Shown piece by piece: positions 55,573 to 64,000 of a stretch of 64,000 nucleotides of DNA (within the stretch, counting starts at the first letter, position 1; each line of letters starts with the position of its first letter). The notes beneath the pieces were generated by a model. The model did no database searches, was not told the DNA's origin, and saw nothing but the letters and a program-made list of their open reading frames with translations. This DNA is from an uncultured Bacteroidota bacterium (lineage in GTDB: Bacteria > Bacteroidota > Bacteroidia > Bacteroidales > VadinHA17), in assembly GCA_903844815.1 (NCBI GenBank), contig CAIMVD010000267.1, positions 19,118 to 83,117 of the forward strand. Reading direction: 5' to 3'. Made by a program: the position numbers and the translations under genes.

Positions 55573-56184
55573 ATGTCATTAAGAAACAAATCAATTTTAC
55601 TGATCGCTGCGATTCTCATCGCTGACCAAATACTGAAAATATGGGTAAAAACCCACATGGCCATTGGTGACGAAATACACCTGTTCGGTAACCGGGGCAT
55701 GCTGCATTTTATTGAGAACAATGGGATGGCCTTCGGAATGGAAATGGGGGGAAAACCAGGAAAGTTCATTCTGAGTATGTTCAGGATTGTGGCGATTTTT
55801 GGTATCGGCTGGTTTCTTAACAACCTAATTACAAAAAAGAATAATCTTGGCCTTATATTGGCAGTAAGTGCAATTATGGCAGGAGCAATCGGGAATATTA
55901 TCGACAGTGCCTTTTATGGCCTCATATTCAGCGAGAGCTTTAACCAGCCTGCAATAATGTTCCCTCCCGGCGGAGGTTATTCATCATTTTTGCATGGAAG
56001 GGTTGTTGACATGTTCTATTTCCCCATAATCAACAGCCACTGGCCATCGTGGTTACCCATTAAAGGCGGCGAAACACTTGTTTTTTTCAGACCGGTTTTT
56101 AATATTGCCGACTCAGCCATTACCTGTGGCGTTTTGTCTATTCTGTTGTTTCAGAAGAAAATGTTCAGCGAGTTCAGCGATTAA
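55573..56184 (+). CDS. lspA: lipoprotein signal peptidase II
   Basis: Start at ATG 55573 (MSLRNKS). DQILKIWV, GNRGMLHFIENNGMAFG, GNIIDS, VVDMFYF and FNIADSAI motifs. Confidence 0.85.
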   Translation: MSLRNKSILLIAAILIADQILKIWVKTHMAIGDEIHLFGNRGMLHFIENNGMAFGMEMGGKPGKFILSMFRIVAIFGIGWFLNNLITKKNNLGLILAVSAIMAGAIGNIIDSAFYGLIFSESFNQPAIMFPPGGGYSSFLHGRVVDMFYFPIINSHWPSWLPIKGGETLVFFRPVFNIADSAITCGVLSILLFQKKMFSEFSD

Positions 56185-56210
56185 GGAATATTCTTTCAGA
56201 TTCTGTTTTT

Positions 56211-56507
56211 CTAACTGCAGCAGGTTGTTACGCAGTCGAGTATGGTCTTCAGGTTTTCATGTTTAAGATAATACCAGGTGTTTTTACCTTCTCTTTTTGA
56301 GGCCAGTACATCCTTGTCCTTAAGAATGCCAAGATGATGAGATGCGGCAGATTGCTCTATTCCGAGGGAATTATGAATTTCAGTTACAGTCCGTTTTTCT
56401 CCGTCTTCGAGGCAACTTATAATCTGAATCCTCACAGGATGCGCAATTGCCTTCAGCATATTGGCTGCCTTTTCGATACTTTCCGGATTAAGATCTTTAA
56501 ACTGCAT
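56211..56507 (-). CDS. ArsR/SmtB family metalloregulatory transcription factor
   Basis: 98 aa. LKAIAHPVRIQIISCL ... TVTEIHNSLGIEQSAASHHLGILK winged HTH. Confidence 0.8.
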   Translation of the reverse strand: MQFKDLNPESIEKAANMLKAIAHPVRIQIISCLEDGEKRTVTEIHNSLGIEQSAASHHLGILKDKDVLASKREGKNTWYYLKHENLKTILDCVTTCCS

Positions 56508-56638
56508 TTGTCATTATTTATTTGCTGCAAATATAGTTAAATATGTTGATATAATGCAAGATACCTTTCCTGCAATAATTAATGCAGTCAAACAAAAGAA
56601 CAATCAGGATAGTTTTTAAGTTACTCTTCCGATTTTAC

Positions 56639-56646
56639 TATCTTTG
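56639..56646 (+). promoter_or_regulatory. Bacteroidota -7 box (TAnnTTTG)
   Basis: TATCTTTG ends 1 nt before the ORF's first ATG (56648). This argues for the downstream ATG 56663 as the real start. Confidence 0.4.
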
Positions 56647-56662
56647 AATGAAATTTTTTTCT

Positions 56663-57637
56663 ATGCCGATTCTCACAAAAATCAGAAAGCCTGTTGAAAA
56701 GGAAATGGCCCAATTTGAAGCCTATTTCGCCAAAACCATGCGCAGTGAGATTCCTTTGCTCAATATCATACTGAACTATATTCTTCGCCGGAAAGGTAAA
56801 CAGATGCGACCGCTTCTTGTTTTCCTTACTGCAAAACTAAATGGTGAAATATCAGAACCAACCTATCTTGCAGCAACTTTCATAGAGCTTTTACACACTG
56901 CATCGCTTGTGCACGACGATGTTGTCGATAATGCCGATGAACGTCGCGGTGCTCTTTCGATTAATGCCCTCTGGAACGCAAAAATCGCGGTACTGGTTGG
57001 TGATTATATGTTATCGAAAGGCATGCTTATAAGTGTTGAGAATAATCGATTCGACATGCTTGAGATTGTTTCGGAGGCTGTCAAATCGATGAGCGAGGGT
57101 GAACTTCTACAGCTTCAGAAATCAAGAAAAATGAATCTGAAAGAAGAGGATTATTTCAGGATCATAATAAGCAAAACGGCTGCTCTTATCTCTGCCTGCA
57201 CAGCCTGTGGCGCAAGATCTGTAACCGATAATCCCGATACAATTCAGCTTATGAAGGAATTAGGCGAGAATATTGGTATTGCCTTTCAGATTAAGGACGA
57301 CCTGCTCGACTATGAAGGAACAGGACTTACAGGAAAAACCACAGGAAATGATATTCGGGAAAGAAAACTAACCCTTCCTCTTATTTACGCCCTTGAACAA
57401 GCTCCTGCTTCCAGGAAGAGACATGCACTCGCAATCGTTAAAAAGCGGAAAAAGACAAAATCAGAGATAACAGAAGTTATAAAATTCGTTGCGGAATACG
57501 GAGGCATGGATTATGCCGAAACAAAAATGAAACAATATCTCGACAAATCGCTTGCAATTCTGGATACTTATCCCGATTCTGACGTTAAAGAATCATTAAA
57601 AACTTTTGTAAACTACACAGCTTCAAGAAGAAAATAA
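56663..57637 (+). CDS. polyprenyl diphosphate synthase (IspB/octaprenyl-type)
   Basis: First DDxxD motif LVHDDVVDNADERRG and second motif FQIKDDLLD. Confidence 0.85.
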   Translation: MPILTKIRKPVEKEMAQFEAYFAKTMRSEIPLLNIILNYILRRKGKQMRPLLVFLTAKLNGEISEPTYLAATFIELLHTASLVHDDVVDNADERRGALSINALWNAKIAVLVGDYMLSKGMLISVENNRFDMLEIVSEAVKSMSEGELLQLQKSRKMNLKEEDYFRIIISKTAALISACTACGARSVTDNPDTIQLMKELGENIGIAFQIKDDLLDYEGTGLTGKTTGNDIRERKLTLPLIYALEQAPASRKRHALAIVKKRKKTKSEITEVIKFVAEYGGMDYAETKMKQYLDKSLAILDTYPDSDVKESLKTFVNYTASRRK

Positions 57638-57639
57638 GA

Positions 57640-58923
57640 TCAGGCCGCTTCGAGTTCTACTGTCGTTACTTTTTCAAGATCTTTAACATAACTCCTTGAA
57701 CCAAACCAGAAAAGAACAGATCCAATCAGAAGTACTATGGGGAGGATCTGAATAGCTGTCTGAATATTCGTAAGGTCATAAATCTTCCCGATCACAATTG
57801 GTGCCATGGAAGCGCCAAGAAGGTTTTGCACAACAACAGCAATCGCATAAGAAGTCGCCCTCAGCCCCGGGTGAATTACATCCTGAGTTACAGCCGCCGC
57901 GCCTGAAATGAAAGAGAGTACCAATACTCCGAAAATCAGTAGTGCAATATATTGCATGGTGCCTTGTAAAAGAATCAGGGCGATGAACAGAACAATTGCT
58001 GATAATAAAGTTGACACGGCCGGGAACATTAACCTTGCATTTTTCCTCGTTTTTCTCCACTTATCAGTGAGATAGCCTCCAAGAGGTGCACCAATAATAG
58101 CCAGAAGCATTACAGAACTTGCCATTTTTCCTGCAGTCTCCTGCGATACCTGCCTTACTGCTTCAAAATACCTGGGCAGCCAGGTTAGCATGGCTGTCGT
58201 AACAAAGACTACTGCTGCCATCCCGAAATATGTAAAAATTACAGAAGGTTTAGTTATAAACTCCCTTACCATATCCTTTTTCTCCATCTTTACTTTATTT
58301 CTTTCTGAATCATAAAGTGATAGATCAACGGTTTTATAGTCCTTCACAAAAAGGAACAGAATAGCAACAATCAGACCCGGTATTGCAACAATGCCAAATG
58401 CATGTTTCCATCCGAGTTTCGCAGCAATAATCCCGCCAAGCAAGACTCCAATCGCCGATCCAAGGGGAATTGCGGCATTCCAGAGACCCATCATCCTCGC
58501 TCTCTTGTCAATTGGATATAAACCCGAAATCATTGCACTTCCGCCGGGAGCATAGCCTGCTTCTCCTACACCTATTAACAGACGAGCCATGAATAGCTGA
58601 ACAAAATTTCCGGTGAGAGCACAAAGAGCTGTTGCAAGGCTCCACATTATTGCCATAATACCAACTGTCTTACTCCTGCTCCACCTGTCGATAAGCAGGG
58701 AAACTGGAAAAGTAAGCAGAACTATCGCCCAATAAACCGCAGAAATAAGCAACCCGCTCTGCATGTGCGAAATACCCATGTCCTTCTCAATTGAGGTAAA
58801 CATTGATGTTACGACCATCCTGTCGATATAGTCGAACATATATAACAGGAAAAGCAATACGAAAACATAATTTGAATAACCTTTTGAAAACAGATAGCCG
58901 GTACGGTCTTCGCTCTTCTTCAT
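57640..58923 (-). CDS. MFS transporter (12-TM, Spinster-like)
   Basis: 427 aa. DRWSRSKTVG loop motif and 12 hydrophobic segments. Its stop lies only 2 nt from the convergent ispB-like stop. Confidence 0.8.
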   Translation of the reverse strand: MKKSEDRTGYLFSKGYSNYVFVLLFLLYMFDYIDRMVVTSMFTSIEKDMGISHMQSGLLISAVYWAIVLLTFPVSLLIDRWSRSKTVGIMAIMWSLATALCALTGNFVQLFMARLLIGVGEAGYAPGGSAMISGLYPIDKRARMMGLWNAAIPLGSAIGVLLGGIIAAKLGWKHAFGIVAIPGLIVAILFLFVKDYKTVDLSLYDSERNKVKMEKKDMVREFITKPSVIFTYFGMAAVVFVTTAMLTWLPRYFEAVRQVSQETAGKMASSVMLLAIIGAPLGGYLTDKWRKTRKNARLMFPAVSTLLSAIVLFIALILLQGTMQYIALLIFGVLVLSFISGAAAVTQDVIHPGLRATSYAIAVVVQNLLGASMAPIVIGKIYDLTNIQTAIQILPIVLLIGSVLFWFGSRSYVKDLEKVTTVELEAA

Positions 58924-59064
58924 GATTGATTTTTTTTATTTAAACCTCAATAGCAAGTAAATAAAAATTAGCGTCGGTTGTTGTTTTTTGTGTATTTTTA
59001 AGTCTTTATACTTAGAGTACAAGCAAATAAGTAACCTAATTATTAACTCCAAAATCCTAAAAAA

Positions 59065-59514
59065 ATGGCAAATCTTAAACAGATAACTGATTTTCTTGAT
59101 TCTCAGCCCATTGCAATAGCAGGAGTATCACGTAACCCTAAAAAATTCGGACATGCTGCTTTCAAGGAATTGAAAGCAAAAGGAATGAATATCATACCTG
59201 TAAATCCGGAAGCAGATTCTATACTCGGAGTTAAAGCCTATCCCAATCTGAAAGAGTTACCGGGCGGAGTAAAGGGAGTCATAGTAATGACCAGCAAAGC
59301 AATAACTGCCTCCGTTGTCAGAGAGGCTATTGATGCAGGCATAAAACAGATCTGGATACAACAAATGTCCGATAGTAAAGAAGCTGTAGAACTTCTAAAG
59401 AGTTCCGATATAAATTATATCACTGGTGAATGCATTCTTATGCACTATAAGCCGGGCAGCATCCATAAATTCCACAGAGCCCTGAGCAGGCTTTTTGGAA
59501 GATTTCCCAAATAA
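59065..59514 (+). CDS. CoA-binding domain protein
   Basis: 149 aa. IAIAGVSRNPKKFGHAAFKEL and NIIPVNP, typical of the YccU/CoA_binding_2 fold. Confidence 0.65.
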   Translation: MANLKQITDFLDSQPIAIAGVSRNPKKFGHAAFKELKAKGMNIIPVNPEADSILGVKAYPNLKELPGGVKGVIVMTSKAITASVVREAIDAGIKQIWIQQMSDSKEAVELLKSSDINYITGECILMHYKPGSIHKFHRALSRLFGRFPK

Positions 59515-59607
59515 CTATTCAATATTCAATGAAGTTTAGTTAAGGAATATAATAACCAAACATGGAAGGAGTATTTTATCCCCGATCCCTCTCTTCCTCC
59601 TTGTGTT

Positions 59608-59666
59608 TACCCCCAAACCCCCCAAGGGGGGATTTAAGAACACCATTCCTCGGGGGCATGGGGGTA
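59608..59666. other. GC-run palindromic element (nested inverted repeats of C/G homopolymer runs)
   Basis: TACCCCC (59608..59614) pairs with GGGGGTA (59660..59666). The inner CCCCCC AA GGGGGG lies at 59618..59631, with an extra CGGGGG at 59651..59656. This is striking in otherwise AT-rich intergenic DNA. Confidence 0.85.
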
Positions 59667-59780
59667 CAAATGTGGAAGTGAGAAACTGATTATCCTGGCT
59701 TAACTAAACAACATTGATTCATCATTTAATTTTGTTTCCTGGTTATGAATTGCTTTCATTTGAGGATAAAATAATTCAAT

Positions 59781-61754
59781 ATGAGAAAACTGCTATTTTC
59801 GGCGATCGTTATTATCCTGGCCTTTTCAACAGGTTGTTCCGTCAGAAGTGAAAATAAGACCACAATTCCTGAAAAATCTCCCTTTGGTGACGGATCAAAA
59901 CCTTATGCCCGGTACTGGTGGTTTGCATCAGAAATCAAAAAGAAGGATATCCGCTATAACCTCGACTGGCTTAAGGCGAACGGATTCGGAGGCGTTGAAA
60001 TTTCCTGGGTTTATCCCCTTAACCGTTTTAATCCCCTCGACACAACCTACACTCCGCGTCAGGAATGGCTTTCCCCGGAATGGACACAAATTGTTGAATA
60101 TGCAGTCACTTATGCCGACAGCATTGGAATGGGCTGTGACCTTACATTCGGAACCCTTTGGCCCTTTGGTGACTCAAAGGTAACTTTTGAACAGGCGACA
60201 CAAAAATTCGGCAACGCGAAGTGGAGGCAGGTGATAACCAGGTCCTGGGAACACCCGAAACCAGGTTACGTTATTGACCACCTCACGCCTGAAAACTATA
60301 AACCATATTTTGACCGACTTTCAAAAGCCTTTCCAAAGCCTGTAACAAAGATTCCTCAGAGCTGGTTCATCGACAGCTGGGAGGTGGAAACCGAACATCT
60401 CTGGGCGGAAGGTTTCGACAAAGAATTTAAGGCCAGGTTCAATTACGACATTGTCCCTTACATGGATTCAATATATACTCCGGTCAATGCCAAGTATTTA
60501 TATGATTATATGTCGCTCATATCGGACAAAGTAATACGATTTTACAAAGACTTTGACCTTCAACTTAACAGTGCTGGTGTTTTGTCGCGCGGACAGGTTT
60601 CAGGGGCACCCTGTGATCTTATTTCAGGTTATGCAAGCCTCGACATTCCGGAAGGCGAATCAATGCTTTTTGAACCTGAATTTTGCACAATTCCTGCTTC
60701 GGCAGCCCTCCTTTCGGGAAAAAACAGGGTCAGTTCAGAATCGTTTACCTGTCTTTACGGCTGGCCGCGTGACTTCCTCCGGAACGAACAGACAGCAGAT
60801 TTGAAACTTGTTGCGGATGCACTGTTCGCAAACGGAATAAACCAGATTATCTATCATGGAAAGCCGCATAATCCGGCATTTCAGGATACAGTTAATTTTT
60901 ATGCAAGCACTCACGTCGGACCCACAGGATCGATTGCAGACGATTTAAAGGAATTCAACAGGTACCTTGAGACTGTTTCATCATATATGAAGAAAGGAAA
61001 TACCTTATGCGACATAGGAGTCTATCTGCCAACGGAAGATGCATGGATGGCTGGCGTAATGCCTAAGGAAAAACAATTCATCTGGGCCTGGGGAAACTAT
61101 GAAATCCGTTATGTGTATTTCCCTGATGAACTTGCTTCATTCAATCCTGTCTGGATAAACCGTGAATTTCTTGAAAAAGGTGCAGTTGCCGATGGAATTT
61201 TCAAAGTAGGAAATGCTGAGCTTAGAACACTGTATTTTAATAGTAAATATCTGGATTACAATGTTATAAGGCGACTGGCAGAACTTACTGATCAGGGATT
61301 GAAAATAGTTCTGAAACAAACTCCTTCGGAACCAGGAGCTGTGGTACATCCCGATTACATAACCCTCCTTGAAAAAATAAAGGCATCCAGAGTCAGCATT
61401 GAAGAAATGCCTGTAAACGCAGTTCCTTTTATCACCGGAACAAACATTCCCCGTCACTGGGTAAGAAAAGATGGCAACGTCCTGTATGTGTTTTTTCCCA
61501 ATCCTAATTCAGACAGGCTTAAGTTTCCTCTTTCCTATGGCCAATCGCTGGAGTCTGTTGTGAAAAACAAGCCCGTTAAGATTGAGTTCAACGGGAATAC
61601 CTATTCACTTGATCTTGAGTTCAGGCCGTATCAGTCATTATTGTACCGACTGGAGAATGGAAAAGCAGCACCTGTTGATATTGAATTTATTCCAAAAACC
61701 CCGGTTAAAAAGGAAAGGCCTGTTGGCTTCAAGGCCCCATGGCTTGTGGGATGA
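59781..61754 (+). CDS. secreted glycoside hydrolase, shorter paralogue of 4822..8094 (GH106-like; tentative)
   Basis: 657 aa. Lipoprotein signal LAFSTGC. YARYWWFASEIKKKDIRYNLDWLKANGFGGVEISWVYP parallels the N-terminal motif of the 1090-aa enzyme. Confidence 0.6.
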   Translation: MRKLLFSAIVIILAFSTGCSVRSENKTTIPEKSPFGDGSKPYARYWWFASEIKKKDIRYNLDWLKANGFGGVEISWVYPLNRFNPLDTTYTPRQEWLSPEWTQIVEYAVTYADSIGMGCDLTFGTLWPFGDSKVTFEQATQKFGNAKWRQVITRSWEHPKPGYVIDHLTPENYKPYFDRLSKAFPKPVTKIPQSWFIDSWEVETEHLWAEGFDKEFKARFNYDIVPYMDSIYTPVNAKYLYDYMSLISDKVIRFYKDFDLQLNSAGVLSRGQVSGAPCDLISGYASLDIPEGESMLFEPEFCTIPASAALLSGKNRVSSESFTCLYGWPRDFLRNEQTADLKLVADALFANGINQIIYHGKPHNPAFQDTVNFYASTHVGPTGSIADDLKEFNRYLETVSSYMKKGNTLCDIGVYLPTEDAWMAGVMPKEKQFIWAWGNYEIRYVYFPDELASFNPVWINREFLEKGAVADGIFKVGNAELRTLYFNSKYLDYNVIRRLAELTDQGLKIVLKQTPSEPGAVVHPDYITLLEKIKASRVSIEEMPVNAVPFITGTNIPRHWVRKDGNVLYVFFPNPNSDRLKFPLSYGQSLESVVKNKPVKIEFNGNTYSLDLEFRPYQSLLYRLENGKAAPVDIEFIPKTPVKKERPVGFKAPWLVG

Positions 61755-61887
61755 CGTTTACTTTCAACCCGCAATCTGCGTAATAAACCAGGGAATGTCT
61801 TTGACTGTTTTTCAAAACTGAAATATATCAATTTCGATTTATTATTACCTTGCAAAAAAATTACGGAGCATTTAAAAAACAGAACTC

Positions 61888-62808
61888 ATGGGAAACAATA
61901 AACTCACCCGCCGGCAATTCGTTACCACAACAATTGCTGCAGGAGCCGGAACAGTCCTATTGGGAAATTCAGGAATTGCACTGCCTGTTAAAGCCTCAAA
62001 ACTATCCGGAGATCCTTTTCAGACCGTTACCCTCGGTAAAACGGGAATAAAAACAACCCTTCTTGGAATGGGAACTGGTTTCAGCGGCTATAACCGTTCC
62101 TCAAATATTACCAGGGCCGGTGTTGCGGAATCAGTTATCCGTTCGGCATACGAAAAAGGCATACGTTTTTTCGATTGCGCCGACAGTTACGGGACACATC
62201 CTTTTGCTGCAGCAGCTCTAAAGGGCATCGCAAGGGAAAACTATACACTGAGCTCCAAAATATGGGTAGGTCAGGGAGGAATTCCGGAGCCCGACCGTCC
62301 TGATGCCAATGTGGTTATCGACCGATTCCGAAAGGAACTTAATACTGACTATATCGATATCGTCCAGATACATTGCATGACAGATTCTCACTGGACCGAC
62401 AGCCAGAAGAAGCAGATGGACATTCTGGAAAACCTTAAGGCTAAAAACATAATCCGTGCTCACGGAGTATCTCTCCATTCGCTTGAAGCCCTTGAGGCCT
62501 GTGCTGAAAGTCAGTGGGTTGACGTTGTTCACGTAAGGGTTAATCCGTATGGTGAAGCCATGGACAGGAAAGATCCTGCAGAGGTGATACCTGTAATTGA
62601 AAAGCTTCACATGGCAGGAAAAGGAATTATTGGAATGAAGCTTATTGGAAACGGAAATTTCAGGAATGATTCCGGGAAGATAGATGCTTCATTAAAATAT
62701 GTTCTCGGACTTGGCACTGTTGACATGATAATAGTCGGATTTGAAAAACCAGAACAAATCGATAACTATATTGGCAGGGTACGTAATGTATTGAATCCTT
62801 TAGCATAG
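61888..62808 (+). CDS. aldo/keto reductase with Tat-type signal peptide
   Basis: 306 aa. N-terminal LTRRQFVTTTIAAGAGTVLLG. AKR motifs IRFFDCADSYG and YIDIVQIHC. Confidence 0.8.
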   Translation: MGNNKLTRRQFVTTTIAAGAGTVLLGNSGIALPVKASKLSGDPFQTVTLGKTGIKTTLLGMGTGFSGYNRSSNITRAGVAESVIRSAYEKGIRFFDCADSYGTHPFAAAALKGIARENYTLSSKIWVGQGGIPEPDRPDANVVIDRFRKELNTDYIDIVQIHCMTDSHWTDSQKKQMDILENLKAKNIIRAHGVSLHSLEALEACAESQWVDVVHVRVNPYGEAMDRKDPAEVIPVIEKLHMAGKGIIGMKLIGNGNFRNDSGKIDASLKYVLGLGTVDMIIVGFEKPEQIDNYIGRVRNVLNPLA

Positions 62809-62842
62809 TTTTTAAAATAAATTTCTGATTAAATCTTCTACC

Positions 62843-63742
62843 ATGAGAGCACTTACGCTGTCGGCAATACTGCCGTTTCTTTTTTTCGGACATTCCTTCA
62901 GCCAGGATAAAATTGGCAAAATATTAGCTCCCGGAACAAACCCTGAAAAGCTTGCTGCTGTTTTTGAATTTACAGAAGGTCCTTCCGCAGACTCAAACGG
63001 AAATATTTACTTTACCGATCAGCCTAACGACAGAATTCTGATGTGGAGTGAAAGTGATGGGCTTAAAACCTTTATGCAGCCTTCAGGGCGTTCAAATGGT
63101 CTTGCCTTCGACAAAAACGGAAATCTCTGGGCTTGTGCTGATGAGAAAAATGAATTATGGATTATTAAACCCGATAAAAGTATTACAGTCATTTCTTCAA
63201 AATATAATGATAAGATATTGAACGGTCCGAATGATCTCTGGATAACACCTGATGGTGGAGTTTATTTCACTGATCCTTTCTATAAAAGACCGTGGTGGGG
63301 CCATACTGATGTTCCCCAGGATTGCCAGGCAGTTTATTATCTTACCCCTGATCATTCCAAAATAATAAGGGTTGCCGCAGATCTGGTTCAGCCGAATGGC
63401 ATAGTTGGTACTCCGGATGGCAAAAAACTGTTTATCGCCGATATAGGTGGAAATACAACATGGTCATATTCAATACGCAAAGACGGATCACTTGGTGATA
63501 AAAAGCTCTTTTGCAAAATGGGTTCCGATGGTATGACAATTGATTCCAAAGGTAATATTTACCTTACCGGAAAAGGTGTTACAATTTTTGATAAAAATGG
63601 TAATAAGATGGGAAACATAGCCGTTCCTGAAAACTGGACAGCAAATGTCTGTTTCGGTGGAACAGACTTGAAAAGCCTCTTTATTACAGCCAGCAAAGGC
63701 CTTTACAGGATAAAACTTAAGGTGAAAGGCACGGGAGGGTGA
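62843..63742 (+). CDS. secreted SMP-30/gluconolactonase/LRE-family beta-propeller protein
   Basis: 299 aa with a signal peptide. EGPSADSNGNIYFTD, PNDLWITPDGGVYFTDP, PNGIVGTPDGKKLFIAD. Confidence 0.8.
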   Translation: MRALTLSAILPFLFFGHSFSQDKIGKILAPGTNPEKLAAVFEFTEGPSADSNGNIYFTDQPNDRILMWSESDGLKTFMQPSGRSNGLAFDKNGNLWACADEKNELWIIKPDKSITVISSKYNDKILNGPNDLWITPDGGVYFTDPFYKRPWWGHTDVPQDCQAVYYLTPDHSKIIRVAADLVQPNGIVGTPDGKKLFIADIGGNTTWSYSIRKDGSLGDKKLFCKMGSDGMTIDSKGNIYLTGKGVTIFDKNGNKMGNIAVPENWTANVCFGGTDLKSLFITASKGLYRIKLKVKGTGG

Positions 63743-63799
63743 TTTGGCCTTAAGCCGTCTTAAATTAGCCCGGAATGCGTCTGGTTGTGTAAGGTATCC

Positions 63800-63891
63800 C
63801 CTACAGATGAAGTAGACCTGATCCTACATGATAAATATCCATGTTCCTACAGCATAATTATCCAAGTTCCTACACAGATCCCTGCGGAGTC
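63800..63891. repeat. four CCTACA-initiated direct repeats at exact 23-bp phasing
   Basis: CCTACA occurs at 63800, 63823, 63846 and 63869. Units 2 and 3 are 19/23 identical (cctacatgataaatatccatgtt / cctacagcataattatccaagtt). Confidence 0.85.
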
Positions 63892-64000
63892 TGGTAATTT
63901 TGTTTTGGAGAAAAGAGGTCCCCGGAGTGTAAAAGTAATTTTTTGGAAAGATCTTTATTTCACTCCCGGTCCAAACATGTTTACTTAAATTTTTGATATA

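Noticed and set aside
59618-59666. G-quadruplex-forming sequence.
   Set aside because: The plus strand has only three G-runs of 5 or more. The minus strand needs a 20-nt loop to assemble four runs. Duplex or hairpin pairing of the C and G runs is the more economical reading.
63800-63891. DnaA-box cluster or oriC (TTATCCAAG and ATATCCATG resemble TTATCCACA).
   Set aside because: The matches are only 5-7 of 9 positions. There is no adjacent AT-rich unwinding element, and no dnaA/dnaN or similar gene in view. It is kept as an unexplained repeat array instead.
63785-63988. A 67-aa ORF at the right edge.
   Set aside because: It starts with a non-ATG codon and spans the 23-bp repeat array. Its composition is dictated by the repeats, and there is no motif or signal.

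Overview
This is a densely packed 64-kb chromosomal segment that looks like Bacteroidota. Support for that: several TAnnTTTG -7 promoter boxes just upstream of starts, many lipoprotein or Tat signal peptides, DUF4271-hemD-rnpA synteny, and an ECF sigma/anti-sigma/beta-barrel trio. I call about 60 protein-coding genes, nearly all housekeeping. They include polA, rsgA, dtd, lspA, rnpA, hemD, queD, moaD/moaE, a MoeB/ThiF-like E1, pepE, mnmH(selU), a U32 protein, two phosphofructokinases, deoC, an Fe/Mn SOD, an acyl-CoA synthetase, two MFS transporters, a CDF transporter, mntP, two large GH106-like glycosidases, two histidine kinases, and M14 and S41 peptidases. I recognised no rRNA, tRNA, CRISPR array, transposase or integrase, so this is core genome rather than an obvious island. 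The observations most worth follow-up are listed here. (1) A respiratory operon (45.5-54.4 kb) places a stripped-down three-gene NrfC-like FeS / NrfD-like / monohaem cytochrome c module, DoxX and SCO directly upstream of a caa3-type oxidase. The oxidase genes are in the unusual order I-III-IV-II-ctaB. This may be a minimal alternative-complex-III analogue. (2) An Xre/DUF2384 antitoxin-like gene is translationally coupled (TAATG) to a Cys-motif membrane ORF instead of the expected RES toxin. That ORF runs in frame into a lipocalin-like lipoprotein. (3) Several intergenic elements are built from tandem 7-16 bp sub-repeats arranged as inverted arms (8.2, 41.7, 44.2 and 55.4 kb). One of them encodes the C-terminus of QueD and sits upstream of polA. 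(4) Four 23-bp-phased CCTACA repeats lie at the right edge of the window. (5) Two independently transcribed PFK paralogues both carry the PPi-type GGDD/PKTxDND signatures. All functional calls rest on reading motifs in the supplied translations. No database search was possible.
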